NCBI GenBank assembly: GCA_051439425.1
Contig: JBFRWD010000123.1
Span: forward strand, 1-64,000
Length of the DNA stretch: 64,000 nt
Source of the DNA: Synechococcus sp.
GTDB taxonomy: Bacteria > Cyanobacteriota > Cyanobacteriia > Thermostichales > PCC-7336
Direction of reading: 5' to 3'
A program made the translations under genes and the position numbers. This document shows, one piece after another, positions 1-11,538 of the stretch (the first letter of the stretch is position 1; each line of letters begins with the position of its first letter). The notes under the pieces are model-generated. The model saw only the letters and a program-made list of their open reading frames with translations, had not been told where the DNA came from and did no database searches.

Positions 1-186
1 CCGAATTGTGAAAAATGGCTGCATCAGCCTCGCGTGACGATCGCCGCGACACACCCTCGTCTATATTGGTGCACTCCAAGGCCATACAGATTAACGAAAT
101 CGTACAAGAACTTGAGAGCCAACTCAGCAAGTGTAATTCTGGCGACACGTATGCGTACAGCCATAATAAAGAAGTGTTGCGCGATT

Positions 187-202
187 GGTGAAATTTATCA
201 CG
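187..202. promoter_or_regulatory. Possible CRP-family binding site
   Basis: GGTGA-AATTTA-TCACG has a perfect GTGA-N6-TCAC core. It is intergenic, upstream of mnmG, and overlaps a GGTGAAATT direct repeat. Confidence 0.3.
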
Positions 203-325
203 GTGAAATTGATTAGATAGCGATCGCACAACGGGTGCTCTAATTCAGTAAAAAGCACTACGATATTTCTCCGATTAAATCTTGCTTACTCCCTTAGTCG
301 TTAATTCTTCCGCCCCAATGCCATC

Positions 326-2233
326 ATGCTTGCCCAACCCCATGATTTCCTCGACTCCTATGACGTCATTGTTGTTGGGGGTGGCCATGCCGGATGTGAG
401 GCCGCACTAGCCTCAGCCCGCCTAGGGGCACGCACGCTAATGCTGACACTCAATCTGGACAAAATTGCTTGGCAACCCTGCAACCCAGCCGTTGGTGGTC
501 CGGCCAAATCTCAATTGGTCCACGAAATTGATGCCTTGGGTGGCGAGATGGGCAAAGTTTCCGATCGCACCTACCTGCAAAAGCGCGTCTTGAATCGCTC
601 CCGAGGTCCGGCAGTATGGGCATTAAGAGCACAGACTGATAAGCGTGAATACGCTCGTGAAATGCGTCAGGTAGTTGAATCTCAAGACAACCTCACCCTG
701 CGCGAAAGTATGGTGACAGACATCATCCTTGGGAATAACGACAACATCATCGGAGTTCAAACCTATTTCGGCACCGCTTATGGTTGTAAAGCTGTCATCC
801 TTACCACAGGTACCTTTCTGGGGGGACGCATCTGGGTGGGTCCCAAATCAATGCCTGCTGGACGGGCTGGCGAGTTTGCCGTAGAAGGACTAACGGACAC
901 TCTCAACCAATTGGGGTTTGAGACCGATCGCCTCAAAACAGGCACCCCAGCCCGCGTCGATCGCCGTACGGTTGACTTCAGCCGACTAGAACCCCAACCA
1001 GGGGATGACGAGCAACGCTGGTTTAGTTTCGACCCGTCTGCTTGGGTAGAACGAGAGCAAATGTGCTGTCACCTCACCCGTACCACCGAAGTCACTCACC
1101 AATTGATTCGTGACAATCTCCACCTAACCCCAATCTACGGGGGTTACGTAGACGCCAAAGGACCACGATATTGCCCCAGCATCGAAGACAAAATCGTCCG
1201 ATTTGCAGATAAAGCCAGTCACCAGATCTTTATCGAGCCTGAAGGGCGCGACATCCCTGAACTCTATATACAGGGCTTCTCCACCGGCCTACCAGAAAAT
1301 CTTCAACTGCAACTATTACGTACGCTCCCCGGCCTAGAAACCTGCGACATGCTGAGGCCAGCCTACGCAGTTGAATACGACTACATTCCTGCCACCCAGT
1401 GTTTCCCCACGATGATGACCAAGTCCGTGGAGGGACTATTTTGCGCTGGCCAGCTCAACGGCACAACCGGCTACGAAGAAGCAGGAGCACAGGGATTAGT
1501 TGCCGGAATTAACGCTGCCATGCTGGCGGCAGGCAAGCCCATGCACGTTCTTCCTCGCGAAGGCAGCTACATCGGCACGCTGCTAGACGACCTGTGTACG
1601 AAAGAATTGCGCGAGCCTTACCGTATGCTCACCAGCCGGTCTGAATATCGCCTCATCCTGCGATCCGACAATGCCGATAGTCGCTTAACCCCCTTAGGAC
1701 GAGAGATTGGCCTAATCGGCGATCGTCTTTGGACTCTCTACTCAGACAAACAAACCGCCATTAGCGACGAAATCAGACGGTTAGAGCACCAGCGAGTCAA
1801 AGGCCACGAGCTAGCAGGAGTTGCACTCAGTAACGTCACCGGACAAAAAATTAAAGGCTCTGCAACCCTGGCCGAATTACTTCGTCGCTCCGGGTTGCAT
1901 TACGCTCATCTGGACGAGCAGGGGTTAGGAGATACGACCCTGAATGAAATTGAAAAAGAATCGGCAGAAATTGCCGTAAAGTACCGTGGATACATCGAGC
2001 GGCAGAAGACTCAAATCGAGCGGGTGAGCAAACAGTACGGGCGATCGCTGCCGAGAGATATTAACTACGAGGAGATCGACACCCTGTCTAAGGAAGCTCG
2101 TGAAAAGCTGGGTTCAGTTCGCCCTCTAACTCTCGGCCAAGCAGCTCGTATCGGTGGAGTCAATCCGGCTGATATCAACGCATTACTTGTGTATTTGGAG
2201 ATAAAACAACGAGAAACAATAAAGTCTAGCTGA
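326..2233 (+). CDS. mnmG: tRNA uridine-5-carboxymethylaminomethyl(34) synthesis enzyme MnmG (GidA)
   Basis: FAD motif [12 protein letters not shown], plus [21 protein letters not shown] and NGTTGYEEA; 635 aa. Confidence 0.98.
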   Translation: MLAQPHDFLDSYDVIVVGGGHAGCEAALASARLGARTLMLTLNLDKIAWQPCNPAVGGPAKSQLVHEIDALGGEMGKVSDRTYLQKRVLNRSRGPAVWALRAQTDKREYAREMRQVVESQDNLTLRESMVTDIILGNNDNIIGVQTYFGTAYGCKAVILTTGTFLGGRIWVGPKSMPAGRAGEFAVEGLTDTLNQLGFETDRLKTGTPARVDRRTVDFSRLEPQPGDDEQRWFSFDPSAWVEREQMCCHLTRTTEVTHQLIRDNLHLTPIYGGYVDAKGPRYCPSIEDKIVRFADKASHQIFIEPEGRDIPELYIQGFSTGLPENLQLQLLRTLPGLETCDMLRPAYAVEYDYIPATQCFPTMMTKSVEGLFCAGQLNGTTGYEEAGAQGLVAGINAAMLAAGKPMHVLPREGSYIGTLLDDLCTKELREPYRMLTSRSEYRLILRSDNADSRLTPLGREIGLIGDRLWTLYSDKQTAISDEIRRLEHQRVKGHELAGVALSNVTGQKIKGSATLAELLRRSGLHYAHLDEQGLGDTTLNEIEKESAEIAVKYRGYIERQKTQIERVSKQYGRSLPRDINYEEIDTLSKEAREKLGSVRPLTLGQAARIGGVNPADINALLVYLEIKQRETIKSS

Positions 2234-2381
2234 CACCACTCATGTAATGTCGGACTAATGTTTCCTCTGATACACGAGCGACCTCTCTAGAAGCTCCCGC
2301 ATACGTGAGCTACACTTAAGTGCTTGGGTACCTTCCCAACATCCGACCAACCCTGAACTTGATTTCCATTCAGACACCCCG

Positions 2382-3122
2382 ATGACTCAAGAAGAGAAAA
2401 AGCCAGTTCCCCCTGAAAATGCATATCCCGAGCTAGAGGACGATGGCGATCTCAACGATGCCGAGTTGGAAGAACTCATTCAGGCAGTATCCGAACCAGA
2501 CACCAGTGGTTCTGCAGAAAAGTCAGCAGACGGCGCTACTACTGCTGAGGTGGCTAAATTGAAACGAGATGCCGAAGCTGTTAGACAACAGTTAGTCGAG
2601 AAAGACGAAGCGTACATGCGGATGTACGCGGACTTTGACAATTTTCGCAAGCGCACCGCCCGCGAGAAAGAAGACATTGGTAACCGAGAGCGGCAGAAGT
2701 CTATCTTGGAAATTCTGCCCATTGTCGATAATTTCGAGCGTGCCCAACAGGCCATCAAAGTTGAAACCGAACGTGAGAAAAGCATCCACGACAGCTATCA
2801 AAGCGTTTACCGACTTCTGGTCGAATCCCTTAAGAAAATGGGCGTCTCTCGCATGAAAACAGTAGGTGAGGTGTTCGATCCGAACCTACACGAAGCCATG
2901 ATGCAACAGCCCAGCGCAGATTGCCCAGAAGGAACCATCCTGACTGAGTTTCAACCCGGTTACATGTTGGGAGAAACAGTTCTCCGTCACGCCATGGTTA
3001 TTGTCGCTACTGCCGCAGAGGATGAAACATCTAGCCCTGTCTCGGAAACCGGATCTCCCGAGACTACTGCCGAAACCGCTCTATCTTCAGAGGATGTCAA
3101 CTCTATTGAAGAACACGGGTAG
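2382..3122 (+). CDS. grpE: Nucleotide exchange factor GrpE
   Basis: ADFDNFRKR, FDPNLHEAM and GY..LRHAMV motifs; directly upstream of dnaK. Confidence 0.97.
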   Translation: MTQEEKKPVPPENAYPELEDDGDLNDAELEELIQAVSEPDTSGSAEKSADGATTAEVAKLKRDAEAVRQQLVEKDEAYMRMYADFDNFRKRTAREKEDIGNRERQKSILEILPIVDNFERAQQAIKVETEREKSIHDSYQSVYRLLVESLKKMGVSRMKTVGEVFDPNLHEAMMQQPSADCPEGTILTEFQPGYMLGETVLRHAMVIVATAAEDETSSPVSETGSPETTAETALSSEDVNSIEEHG

Positions 3123-3323
3123 ACTTGACATATTCTGAGCCAATTTATTGGGAAGAGGAACTCTCAATTCTTCAGATCATCTTTGGGAATGCGTTCTTGA
3201 ATTTGAACGGGTTTAATGGTGCTGAATTCTCATACGTTTATGTAATGAAGAGTTGAACGGCTCCAGCTACACCGCATATTCCTTAAACATCACTAATCAT
3301 CCCGGTATCCACTCGAGCGAACT

Positions 3324-5138
3324 ATGGGCAAAGTTATCGGTATCGACCTCGGCACCACCAATAGTTGCGTGGCCGTACTAGAGGGTGGACAACCAGTCGT
3401 TATTGCGAGTTCCGAAGGGGGTCGCACCGTACCTAGTATCGTCGGCTTTACCAAGAATGGTGAGCGATTGGTAGGACAATTGGCAAAACGCCAAGCGGTT
3501 ACGAACGCCGAAAATACAGTCTTTAGCATCAAGCGATTTATTGGTCGCAGATGGGAAGACACCGAGCAAGAGCGCAGTCGGGTTCCGTATAACACTGTAC
3601 GCGGTCGCGATAGCACGGTCGAGGTGACGATTCAGAACCGTTCGTTCACAGCCCAAGAGCTATCTGCAATGATCTTGCAGAAACTGAAGCAGGATGCAGA
3701 AAACTACCTGGGAGAAGAAATTACCCAGGCTGTCATTACCGTTCCCGCCTATTTCAGCGATGCCCAACGCCAGGCCACCAAAGATGCAGGTACGATCGCA
3801 GGTCTTGAAGTACTGCGAATTATCAACGAGCCAACTGCCGCCTCTCTAGCTTACGGACTCGACAAGCAAGACTCCGAACAATACATTCTCGTATTCGACC
3901 TCGGGGGAGGAACATTCGACATCTCCGTACTGCAGTTAGGAGATGGTGTTTTTGAAGTCAAGGCAACCTCGGGTAACAATCACTTGGGTGGAGACGACTT
4001 TGACGAGCGCCTGGTTGAATGGCTGATCGAACAATTTAAGGAACAGGAGTCCATCGATCTGGGACAAGATCGCATGGCTCTGCAACGTTTGAGAGAGGCA
4101 GCAGAAAAAGCCAAGGTGGAGCTATCCACGACCAGCACAACATTAATCAACCTGCCGTTTATTACAGCCGATGACACTGGTCCCAAGCACCTTGAAATGG
4201 AACTAATGCGGTCTCAGTTCGAGGAATTGGTCAAAGATCTGGTCATGTCAACCATTGAGCCGACTAAACAGGCATTAGCTGATGCGGATATCACTGTCGA
4301 TCGCATCGATCGCGTCATTCTGGTGGGGGGCTCCACTCGCATACCCGCCGTGCAGCAAGCTATCCAAGATTTTTGCAGCGGCCAAACCCCCGATCGCTCG
4401 GTCAACCCTGATGAAGCTGTCGCGTTAGGGGCGGCGATTCAAGCAGGGGTGATGGGGGGAGAAGTTAAAGATCTCCTATTGCTGGATGTCACCCCGCTAT
4501 CGATGGGCATCGAGACATTAGGGGGGGTATTTACTCGCATCATCGAGCGAAATACCACTCTACCTACCAGCAAAACTCAAGTTTTTTCCACCGCTGCAGA
4601 CAATCAAACCGTTGTCGAAATCCATGCCCTGCAAGGGGAGCGGTCGATGGCAAAAGACAATAAAACGCTGGGCAAGTTTCAACTCACCGGCATCCCCCCA
4701 GCTCCGCGTGGAGTGCCACAGATTGAGGTGGCATTCAACATCGATGCCAACGGCATTTTGGATATTTCTGCCCGTGACAAAGGAACCAATCTTGAGCAGA
4801 GCGTCACCATCAGCAACACTGGCGGCTTGAGCCCGCTGGAAGTTGAGCGTATGCGACAAGAAGCCCTCGCCTATGCAGAGGAAGATCGGACCCGACAGCG
4901 GTTGGCAGATATCCGTAACCAAGCTGACGGCTTAATTTATAGCTATGGGGCCACGATGAGCGACAGCGGTAACTTATTGGAGCCCGGTCTGAAAAATCGT
5001 TTGGAATCTGCTTCAATTCAGCTCAAACAACGGATTGCCGACGAAAACGCCACGCTGGGCCAGATTGAACAAGCAATGGATACATTGCGGGCCTTGCTCA
5101 CAGAAGCAGGCACGGCAATCTACAGCCCTGACCTATAG
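3324..5138 (+). CDS. dnaK: Molecular chaperone DnaK (Hsp70)
   Basis: [26 protein letters not shown] and NPDEAVA motifs; 604 aa. Confidence 0.98.
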   Translation: MGKVIGIDLGTTNSCVAVLEGGQPVVIASSEGGRTVPSIVGFTKNGERLVGQLAKRQAVTNAENTVFSIKRFIGRRWEDTEQERSRVPYNTVRGRDSTVEVTIQNRSFTAQELSAMILQKLKQDAENYLGEEITQAVITVPAYFSDAQRQATKDAGTIAGLEVLRIINEPTAASLAYGLDKQDSEQYILVFDLGGGTFDISVLQLGDGVFEVKATSGNNHLGGDDFDERLVEWLIEQFKEQESIDLGQDRMALQRLREAAEKAKVELSTTSTTLINLPFITADDTGPKHLEMELMRSQFEELVKDLVMSTIEPTKQALADADITVDRIDRVILVGGSTRIPAVQQAIQDFCSGQTPDRSVNPDEAVALGAAIQAGVMGGEVKDLLLLDVTPLSMGIETLGGVFTRIIERNTTLPTSKTQVFSTAADNQTVVEIHALQGERSMAKDNKTLGKFQLTGIPPAPRGVPQIEVAFNIDANGILDISARDKGTNLEQSVTISNTGGLSPLEVERMRQEALAYAEEDRTRQRLADIRNQADGLIYSYGATMSDSGNLLEPGLKNRLESASIQLKQRIADENATLGQIEQAMDTLRALLTEAGTAIYSPDL

Positions 5139-5413
5139 ATTGATTAAAAATTGATCGAAAAGGCTGTTACGTCGACATATTTGCAAACTCGCAAGAACTG
5201 CGATCTCCATTCCATTGTGCTAGCGAACCGCTTAGAACAATCTCTCAAACAAAACGTCTAACAGAATTAATGAAACAGGCTAGTGTGTTGACCGGTGGAG
5301 ATACAATTGTTAACAGTGTGAAGTCGTAGCTTGATGGCGCTGCCTGTCCAAGGTACGCTCCGCTTCCCCATCGATATTTACGCTACTCTGGTTGTCTGGT
5401 TTCGAGACTGTCT

Positions 5414-6538
5414 ATGGCCCGCGATTATTACGAACTACTGGGAGTATCCCGTAATAGTTCTAAAGAAGATATCAAGCGCGCGTTTCGACGGTTGGCTCGC
5501 AAGTACCACCCGGATGTGAACAAAGAACCGGACGCAGAGGATCGGTTTAAAGAGATTAACCGCGCATATGAGGTTCTGTCCGATCCGCAGATGAAGGCGC
5601 GGTACGATCAGTTTGGAGAAGCAGGTGTTGGGGGTGCTGCTGGCGGCCCCGGGGGCTTCCAAGACATGGGTGATATGGGCGGATTTGCCGATATCTTCGA
5701 AAGCTTTTTTACCAATTTCGGCGGGGCGGCGACTACTGGGCGGCGAAGGGCTGGCCCCATTCGCGGAGACGATCTGCGCTTTGACTTGAAGCTGGATTTC
5801 CTGGAAGCAGTGTTTGGAGGCGAAAAGCAAATTCGCATCAGCCATCTTGAAACCTGCGATGTCTGTAATGGAAGCGGTGCTCGTGAAGGGACTGGGCCTA
5901 CCACTTGTTCCACCTGCGGAGGTGCTGGCCAAGTTCGACGTGCCACCCGCACACCCTTTGGCAGTTTTACTCAACTGACCGTCTGCCCCACCTGTAATGG
6001 TTCTGGGGAAGTGATAGAGGATTTCTGCGACAACTGTGGCGGCCAGGGATTGGTTCAGTCCAATAAAAAATTACGCATCACCATCCCACCGGGGGTGGAC
6101 AGCGGTACCCGTTTGCGTGTGTCTGGAGAAGGAGACGCCGGTCGCCGCAACGGGCCCACGGGGGATCTCTACGTCTATCTGTTTATTGAGCCGGATGAGA
6201 CGTTCGAGCGAGACGGAATAAATATTCTTTCTGAAGTACACATTAGTTACTTGCAAGCTATTTTGGGTGCAACGTTTGAGGTGCCCACCGTCGACGGAGA
6301 CGAAGAGGTAACAATTCCTGCAGGTTCTCAGCCAGGAGATGTGCTGCGCTTGGAGGATAAAGGTGTTCCCAAACTGGGTAATTCCGTAGCCCGTGGCGAT
6401 CATCTCCTAACGTTAGTGGTAGATATTCCTAAGAAAATTGACCCAGAAGAAAGAGAGCTATTGGAGCAGCTCGCTGAAGTGCGAGGAGAGGAGACGAATA
6501 AAGGGGGCGGCCGCTTTTTAGGAGGGCTGTTCCGATAG
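5414..6538 (+). CDS. dnaJ: Chaperone DnaJ
   Basis: J-domain HPD, G/F-rich region and four CxxCxGxG zinc-finger repeats. Confidence 0.98.
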   Translation: MARDYYELLGVSRNSSKEDIKRAFRRLARKYHPDVNKEPDAEDRFKEINRAYEVLSDPQMKARYDQFGEAGVGGAAGGPGGFQDMGDMGGFADIFESFFTNFGGAATTGRRRAGPIRGDDLRFDLKLDFLEAVFGGEKQIRISHLETCDVCNGSGAREGTGPTTCSTCGGAGQVRRATRTPFGSFTQLTVCPTCNGSGEVIEDFCDNCGGQGLVQSNKKLRITIPPGVDSGTRLRVSGEGDAGRRNGPTGDLYVYLFIEPDETFERDGINILSEVHISYLQAILGATFEVPTVDGDEEVTIPAGSQPGDVLRLEDKGVPKLGNSVARGDHLLTLVVDIPKKIDPEERELLEQLAEVRGEETNKGGGRFLGGLFR

Positions 6539-6599
6539 CGTTCATTGACAACGACTACCATCACAGTCCAATGGCTACCTACAGGTGGTGTATATGGCC

Positions 6600-6863
6600 A
6601 TGACGTCCATTGATTTACGTGGTGTTCCCTGTCCGCTGAATTTTGTGCGTACAAAATTAAAACTGGAACAGTTGGAAGTGGGCGATCGCCTAGAAGTGTG
6701 GCTGGATGCTGGGGAACCGATTCAACAGGTGCCCACAAGTCTTGAGATTGCCGGTCACCAAATTCTCGAACTGAATCAGCAGCCAGAAGGACATTTTCGA
6801 ATGATGGTGATGCGTGGTGCAGCATTTATCGGCAATGAATCGGATGCTGAGGCTACCCCGTGA
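6600..6863 (+). CDS. TusA/SirA-family sulfurtransferase
   Basis: DLRGVPCPLNFVRTKL (TusA CPxP/CPxN motif). The start could also be ATG 6594. Confidence 0.88.
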   Translation: MTSIDLRGVPCPLNFVRTKLKLEQLEVGDRLEVWLDAGEPIQQVPTSLEIAGHQILELNQQPEGHFRMMVMRGAAFIGNESDAEATP

Positions 6864-7960
6864 CCCAGTTGTCTGCGATCTCAGCCGATATCCCGGCCAA
6901 TGCCATCGTAGGGACGGTGCTAGCGGTTCAAGCCAACTATTATCGAGTTAGCTTGTCTGCACTGGAGCATTATCCGTCCTCCCACTTGCTATGTACCCGC
7001 CGAGCCCGCCTCAAAAAACTGGGCCAGAGGATCGCAGTGGGAGATCTCGTTTGTGTAGAAGAGCCAGAGTGGAGTAGTCAAAGGGGGGCGATCGCCGCCG
7101 TTCTCCCCCGCCAGTCATTTTTGTCACGACCGCCGGTTGCCAATGTTCAACAAGCCTTAATCATTTGTGCGTTGCGAGACCCCGAGCCCGAACCGATCCA
7201 GCTCAGTCGCTTTTTGGTTCAGGCCTCTGCCAGTCAGCTCAATGTGCAGGTGTGCTTGAATAAGTGCGATTTGTTATCCGATGTAGAGTGCGAGGAATGG
7301 CGGCAACGCCTGCAGAGGTGGGGATATACCCCACTTCTGGTCAGTGCTGTGACAGGTACTGGCCTCGAACAGTTGCGTCAAGTCTGTAACAGACAAATAT
7401 CGGTGGTTGCAGGTGGCTCTGGGGCAGGTAAGTCCAGTCTGCTCAACGCGCTTGTCCCTGGATTAAAGCTGCGTACACAGCCGGTGTCCGGTCGGTTGCG
7501 GCACGGTCGTCACACCACGCGGCATGTTGAGCTGTTTGCATTGCCAGATGGGGGATGGATTGCTGACTCTCCTGGCTTTAACACCTTGGAGCTGGATGCT
7601 TGCTCGTCAGCATCGTTACTCCACCACTTTCCCGAAGTGGCTTCCCTGCACGACTGCCAGTTTGCCGATTGCACTCACACATCAGAACCGGGATGCTCGG
7701 TGCGGGACTTGCAGTGGGAGCGCTACGAGCATTACCAGCTTTTTTTGAGTGAGGTGGTGGAACGCGAAACGAAAGAACGCGAAACGACATCCGCCGATCC
7801 GTCGTTGAAGTTCAAGACAAAGCGGGGCAGTAAGGTAGCAGAGCCTCGACTAGCCAGCAAATATCGTCAAGAGTCCCGTCGATCGCGGCGACAACAGATG
7901 CAGGGAATGCGAGGAGATGTTGATGTCTTACTGCAGTCGGAGGAATGGGCAGACGATTAA
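6860..7960 (+). CDS. rsgA: Small ribosomal subunit biogenesis GTPase RsgA
   Basis: Circularly permuted GTPase motifs NKCD, GGSGAGKSS, GRHTT and DSPG, plus a CxFxDCxHxxEPGC zinc site. Confidence 0.95.
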   Translation: MTQLSAISADIPANAIVGTVLAVQANYYRVSLSALEHYPSSHLLCTRRARLKKLGQRIAVGDLVCVEEPEWSSQRGAIAAVLPRQSFLSRPPVANVQQALIICALRDPEPEPIQLSRFLVQASASQLNVQVCLNKCDLLSDVECEEWRQRLQRWGYTPLLVSAVTGTGLEQLRQVCNRQISVVAGGSGAGKSSLLNALVPGLKLRTQPVSGRLRHGRHTTRHVELFALPDGGWIADSPGFNTLELDACSSASLLHHFPEVASLHDCQFADCTHTSEPGCSVRDLQWERYEHYQLFLSEVVERETKERETTSADPSLKFKTKRGSKVAEPRLASKYRQESRRSRRQQMQGMRGDVDVLLQSEEWADD

Positions 7961-8199
7961 CGAGGATGATGAACACTCACCCTTCAGTATGGCTAGCTGC
8001 AATGCGTGAATCGATTGAGACTATCCTCCTTAGTAATCCAGACAAACGGCTAATCGCCATAACAGCAAGACGCTGCCCCTCATTCTGGCTGGCTGCAATG
8101 CCATACATCACTTGAAATCATCTTCTTTAGCAAGCCAGACAAACAATGAACACAATCGTTTAGAGTAGGGCCAGAGAGATTGACGATTGGCAACGAACT

Positions 8200-8382
8200 G
8201 TGACCGAGATTAATTGCGCTGAAGCTTGCATTAACGGCTGCGTTTTGGGGGATGATTGTCCTCATTTAGAAGACCGCAAAAAGGCATCAGCTTTTATCGA
8301 AGAGACATCGCTAGACACCATGCTGCAAATGGCTGAAGCTCGCTTGGAACGGTTGCGGAACGAGCACGCAGCCAAACAGTAA
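8200..8382 (+). CDS. Small Cys-rich hypothetical protein (60 aa)
   Basis: GTG start; CxxxCxxGCxxGxxCP followed by a helical FIEETSLDTMLQMAE; resembles small conserved cyanobacterial hypotheticals. Confidence 0.7.
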   Translation: MTEINCAEACINGCVLGDDCPHLEDRKKASAFIEETSLDTMLQMAEARLERLRNEHAAKQ

Positions 8383-8499
8383 CATTCCCCTCGGGCGGAG
8401 TCGCAGCACTATGCTGCCCGTCCTCGCTGAGTTCTACAGCAGAGACCGAGACAACCCTTGCATGCTTGATGTGTCTGTGGATCGATCTGGAGTACGGTA

Positions 8500-8946
8500 T
8501 TGGTTCAAGTCGTTTTAGTAGCCCCGGAGATTCCACCTAATACCGGAAACGTTGCTCGCAGTTGTGCAGCAACAGGAACACCATTACATTTAGTCGATCC
8601 GTTGGGGTTTCAGCTAACCGATCGCTACCTCAAACGAGCAGGATTAGATTACTGGCCGGCAGTTGATTTGCACCGACATGCAGATTGGGAATCGCTCAAA
8701 CAGCAACATCCGGATGGTCGTTTTTGGTGTTTTACGGTTCGGGGAGAGCAATGCTATACAGAAGTGGAGTTTCAACCTGACGATTGGCTGGTGTTTGGCT
8801 GCGAGAGTCAAGGACTGCCAAAGAATATTTTGGCCAAACATCCCACCCTCAAAATTCCGCTCACTGGCCCCGTGCGCAGCTTAAATTTGGGCAGTAGCGT
8901 GGCCATTGGATTGTTTGAAGCCCTACGTCAGATAAGTAGCCGCTAG
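8500..8946 (+). CDS. trmL: tRNA (cytidine(34)-2'-O)-methyltransferase TrmL
   Basis: PEIPPNTGNVAR, LKRAGLDYW, FGCESQGLP and RSLNL SPOUT motifs. Confidence 0.95.
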   Translation: MVQVVLVAPEIPPNTGNVARSCAATGTPLHLVDPLGFQLTDRYLKRAGLDYWPAVDLHRHADWESLKQQHPDGRFWCFTVRGEQCYTEVEFQPDDWLVFGCESQGLPKNILAKHPTLKIPLTGPVRSLNLGSSVAIGLFEALRQISSR

Positions 8947-9245
8947 TGTAGGGAATCCATGCGGAATTCAGAGTCCGAATGGAGGTCAGTTCAGTTGAAT
9001 CTTAGAAGAAGCCCATGCGGCTGCAAAACTCAACGGCTTTTAGAGGGCATCCTATAACCATTGTTTTCTGGCTTGCAATGGGGGTCTCAATCGATGGAGA
9101 CATTACAACCAGCCAGGATGAGGGGAAAAGTAGCCAATACTCAATGTAAAAGTAGGAATGCAACGCAAGTACGGGCGTTAACGGTAACCAACGACGTACG
9201 ATAGATTCAATTTAGGTTGGGTTGCAGCCGAGGGAGCACAGGAGA

Positions 9246-9653
9246 ATGTCTGACAACCGAGCGGGAGTGTTTTTAGGCGGAATGCTGTTGGGGACAGCAG
9301 TGGGAACCGCGTTGGGGTTGCTGATTGCTCCCCGCAGTGGTCGCGAAACCCGCAAATTTTTGCGCAAGTCGGCTCAAGCACTACCGGATGTAGCGGAAGA
9401 CTTGAAAACTAGCGTGCGATATCAGTCTGAGAAATTGCTGGATTCAGCAAAAACAAGCTTAGATGACACCTTCGATCGTCTCCAGGGCGCTATCGAGGTG
9501 GGAAAGGAAACCATGAGCCAAACCCAACGTGAATTATCTCGCCAGAAATTACCGCTCCCTAGCGAGGGGTTCCAGCCAGAACTGGCAGGCTCCGAGTTTG
9601 ATGAAGTGTTTCCCCCGGAAGAATCCTCTCGATCGTCCTCTATGGCGCCATAA
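9246..9653 (+). CDS. YtxH-domain protein
   Basis: GMLLGTAVGTALGLLIAPRSGRETR; ribosome-binding site AGGAG before ATG 9246. Confidence 0.85.
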   Translation: MSDNRAGVFLGGMLLGTAVGTALGLLIAPRSGRETRKFLRKSAQALPDVAEDLKTSVRYQSEKLLDSAKTSLDDTFDRLQGAIEVGKETMSQTQRELSRQKLPLPSEGFQPELAGSEFDEVFPPEESSRSSSMAP

Positions 9654-9790
9654 TCACACAGAAGTCCTTTCCAATTAGCAGTTGCGATCTGGGGCTGCGA
9701 TCTATTTGCCGTCTGAATGGGTCGTACTAACTGATACCTGACCGATATCTGACTGGTATATCAAACGCTGTACCGTGCTTGGAGCATGAC

Positions 9791-10228
9791 ATGACCGATC
9801 CGGTGTTTTGGCTAGGACTATCCGTTGGCTTGGTAGCAGCGGGACTATTGAGCATTTTCGTGGCCCTAATTCCGGCGGCCAAAGAACTGGGCGAAGCAGC
9901 GCGCAGCGTTAAGAAATTTTTTGACGCGTTGCAGCGGGATCTGCCCCCAACATTGGAAGCGTTGCGATTAACGGGACTAGAGGTCAGCGAGATTGCCGAT
10001 AGCTTGGATGATGGGGTAAAAAGTGCGGGTCGGATTGTCAAACGGGTTGATGGTGGTATTGAAGTGACGCGATCGCAGGTTCAGAACGTCTCTACAACGA
10101 CCCGCAGCGTTGCGGCCGGAATTCGAGCGGGCTGGAAAGCATTTACAGAAGAAGAATCGAAGAGAGCTCGACTGGCCAGCCCCGATGACGGCGATCGGCT
10201 TCCTCCCGAACAGTATCAAGAACGATAG
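9791..10228 (+). CDS. DUF948-like membrane-anchored protein
   Basis: N-terminal TM helix (DPVFWLGLS) and LPPTLEALRLTGLE; typical partner of the YtxH gene. Confidence 0.75.
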   Translation: MTDPVFWLGLSVGLVAAGLLSIFVALIPAAKELGEAARSVKKFFDALQRDLPPTLEALRLTGLEVSEIADSLDDGVKSAGRIVKRVDGGIEVTRSQVQNVSTTTRSVAAGIRAGWKAFTEEESKRARLASPDDGDRLPPEQYQER

Positions 10229-10317
10229 CCATATCAAAAACGCGATCGAGCGAGCCGCTTATCGGATTGCCTAAATTCTGGCTTACAGCAGCTACTTTAT
10301 CCGCTAAAGTCACGCCC

Positions 10318-10857
10318 CTAGTAAGTCGGCAACCCATCCAAACTGCGAGAATTTTTCTGACGGCGATAGTCCGACAATCCCTCCTCTCCCTTGCGTTCGG
10401 CCCACTGCACAAGCTCCTCCCGATGTTCCTTAAAGTCATATAGTGGTACACCAAATCCGCAGGAGGTTTGCACCAGCTCGATGTCCAGCACGACAATTTG
10501 TCGCTCCCCTGGCAGGCGATCGAAGTGAGCAATGAACGAATCCCAATCCAGGTCGGACGCCCGCACAATGTGCCCTTTGCCATACATTCTCAAAATGGTC
10601 GGCTTACCAACAAAGCTGCACATCATGATAGTCAGTCGCCCGTTGTCTTTGATGTGAGCAGCCGTCTCGTTTCCACTACCGGTTAGATCGAGATAGGCCA
10701 CTTGGGTGGGGCTGAGGCAGCGAAAGGTATCAATTCCTTTGGGAGATACATTGACTCTACCCTCAGCCGAAAGAGGAGCAGAGCCAGTAAAAAACATCTG
10801 TTGCTGTGCAATAAACGCTTGCAAATTTGGGGTGAGCTGAGAGTATTGCTTGGCCAT
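10318..10857 (-). CDS. Pyridoxamine 5'-phosphate oxidase-family FMN-binding protein
   Basis: VNVSPKG, DLTGSGNET and QTSCGFGVP motifs; likely ATG at 10857. Confidence 0.88.
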   Translation of the reverse strand: MAKQYSQLTPNLQAFIAQQQMFFTGSAPLSAEGRVNVSPKGIDTFRCLSPTQVAYLDLTGSGNETAAHIKDNGRLTIMMCSFVGKPTILRMYGKGHIVRASDLDWDSFIAHFDRLPGERQIVVLDIELVQTSCGFGVPLYDFKEHREELVQWAERKGEEGLSDYRRQKNSRSLDGLPTY

Positions 10858-11127
10858 TTCAAATGTCAGCATGCGATAGATCACCCGCCAAGCTATCTCA
10901 AACTGGGATGAAATGTTAGGGAGGAGTGATGCAAAGCGCACCAAGGTCGGTTGTCCCCACTTTCAGTCGGGATGGGGATTTCGCACTCAGCGAGTTAGCC
11001 ATGACACCACCAAGCGTTGATAACGTCCGAGCAGGGCGATCGTAATTACGAGGAAGTTCGGTTTTTCTCCCATGCAAATGCCCTCACTATGGGTTATATT
11101 TATCAGGCCAACGTTAGATTTGTTTAC

Positions 11128-11286
11128 ATGCCTAAAGCAATCAAGATCAATCTCTCTCAACTCGGTAAAGGCGATCGCAATCGCATCGGTCAGGACCTGA
11201 AAGCCTACTTGTCCAATGTTCAATCAGTCACAACTGATAGCAGCGACGGCTCCAAAAAAGCCAAGCAGAAATCTGCAGCCAACTAA
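11128..11286 (+). CDS. Small basic hypothetical protein (52 aa)
   Basis: MPKAIKINLSQLGKGDRNRIGQDLKAYLSN...; followed by a clear terminator. Confidence 0.55.
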   Translation: MPKAIKINLSQLGKGDRNRIGQDLKAYLSNVQSVTTDSSDGSKKAKQKSAAN

Positions 11287-11334
11287 AGGCTGATTACGGG
11301 CATAGTAATTTGCTCGTCCGTAAATAGAGGTGTT

Positions 11335-11367
11335 GAGTGCTCTGGGGACTTTCCAAGGCACTCTTTT
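11335..11367 (+). terminator. Rho-independent terminator
   Basis: GAGTGC...GCACTC stem followed by TTTT. Confidence 0.6.
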
Positions 11368-11538
11368 AATATCAATAGACAATCGCGACTGCAGTCAGCC
11401 TAACAAGTGTGTGAGGATGCGATCCTGCATGTATTGATATTTCACGACTCCTCTAGTCATCACTTGCAACCGTCCGAGACAAGCCCAAAATACTAAAAAA
11501 AGTCCTCCAAGCAAGCACTAGTGTTCCGCATTGCCGCT

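Noticed and set aside
2234..3323. CIRCE element upstream of grpE or dnaK
   Set aside because: No TTAGCACTC-N9-GAGTGCTAA is present in either intergenic region.
11385..11432. Yfr1-like sRNA on the minus strand (ATCCTCACACAC)
   Set aside because: The motif deviates from ACTCCTCACAC and has no convincing terminator hairpin with a U-tail.
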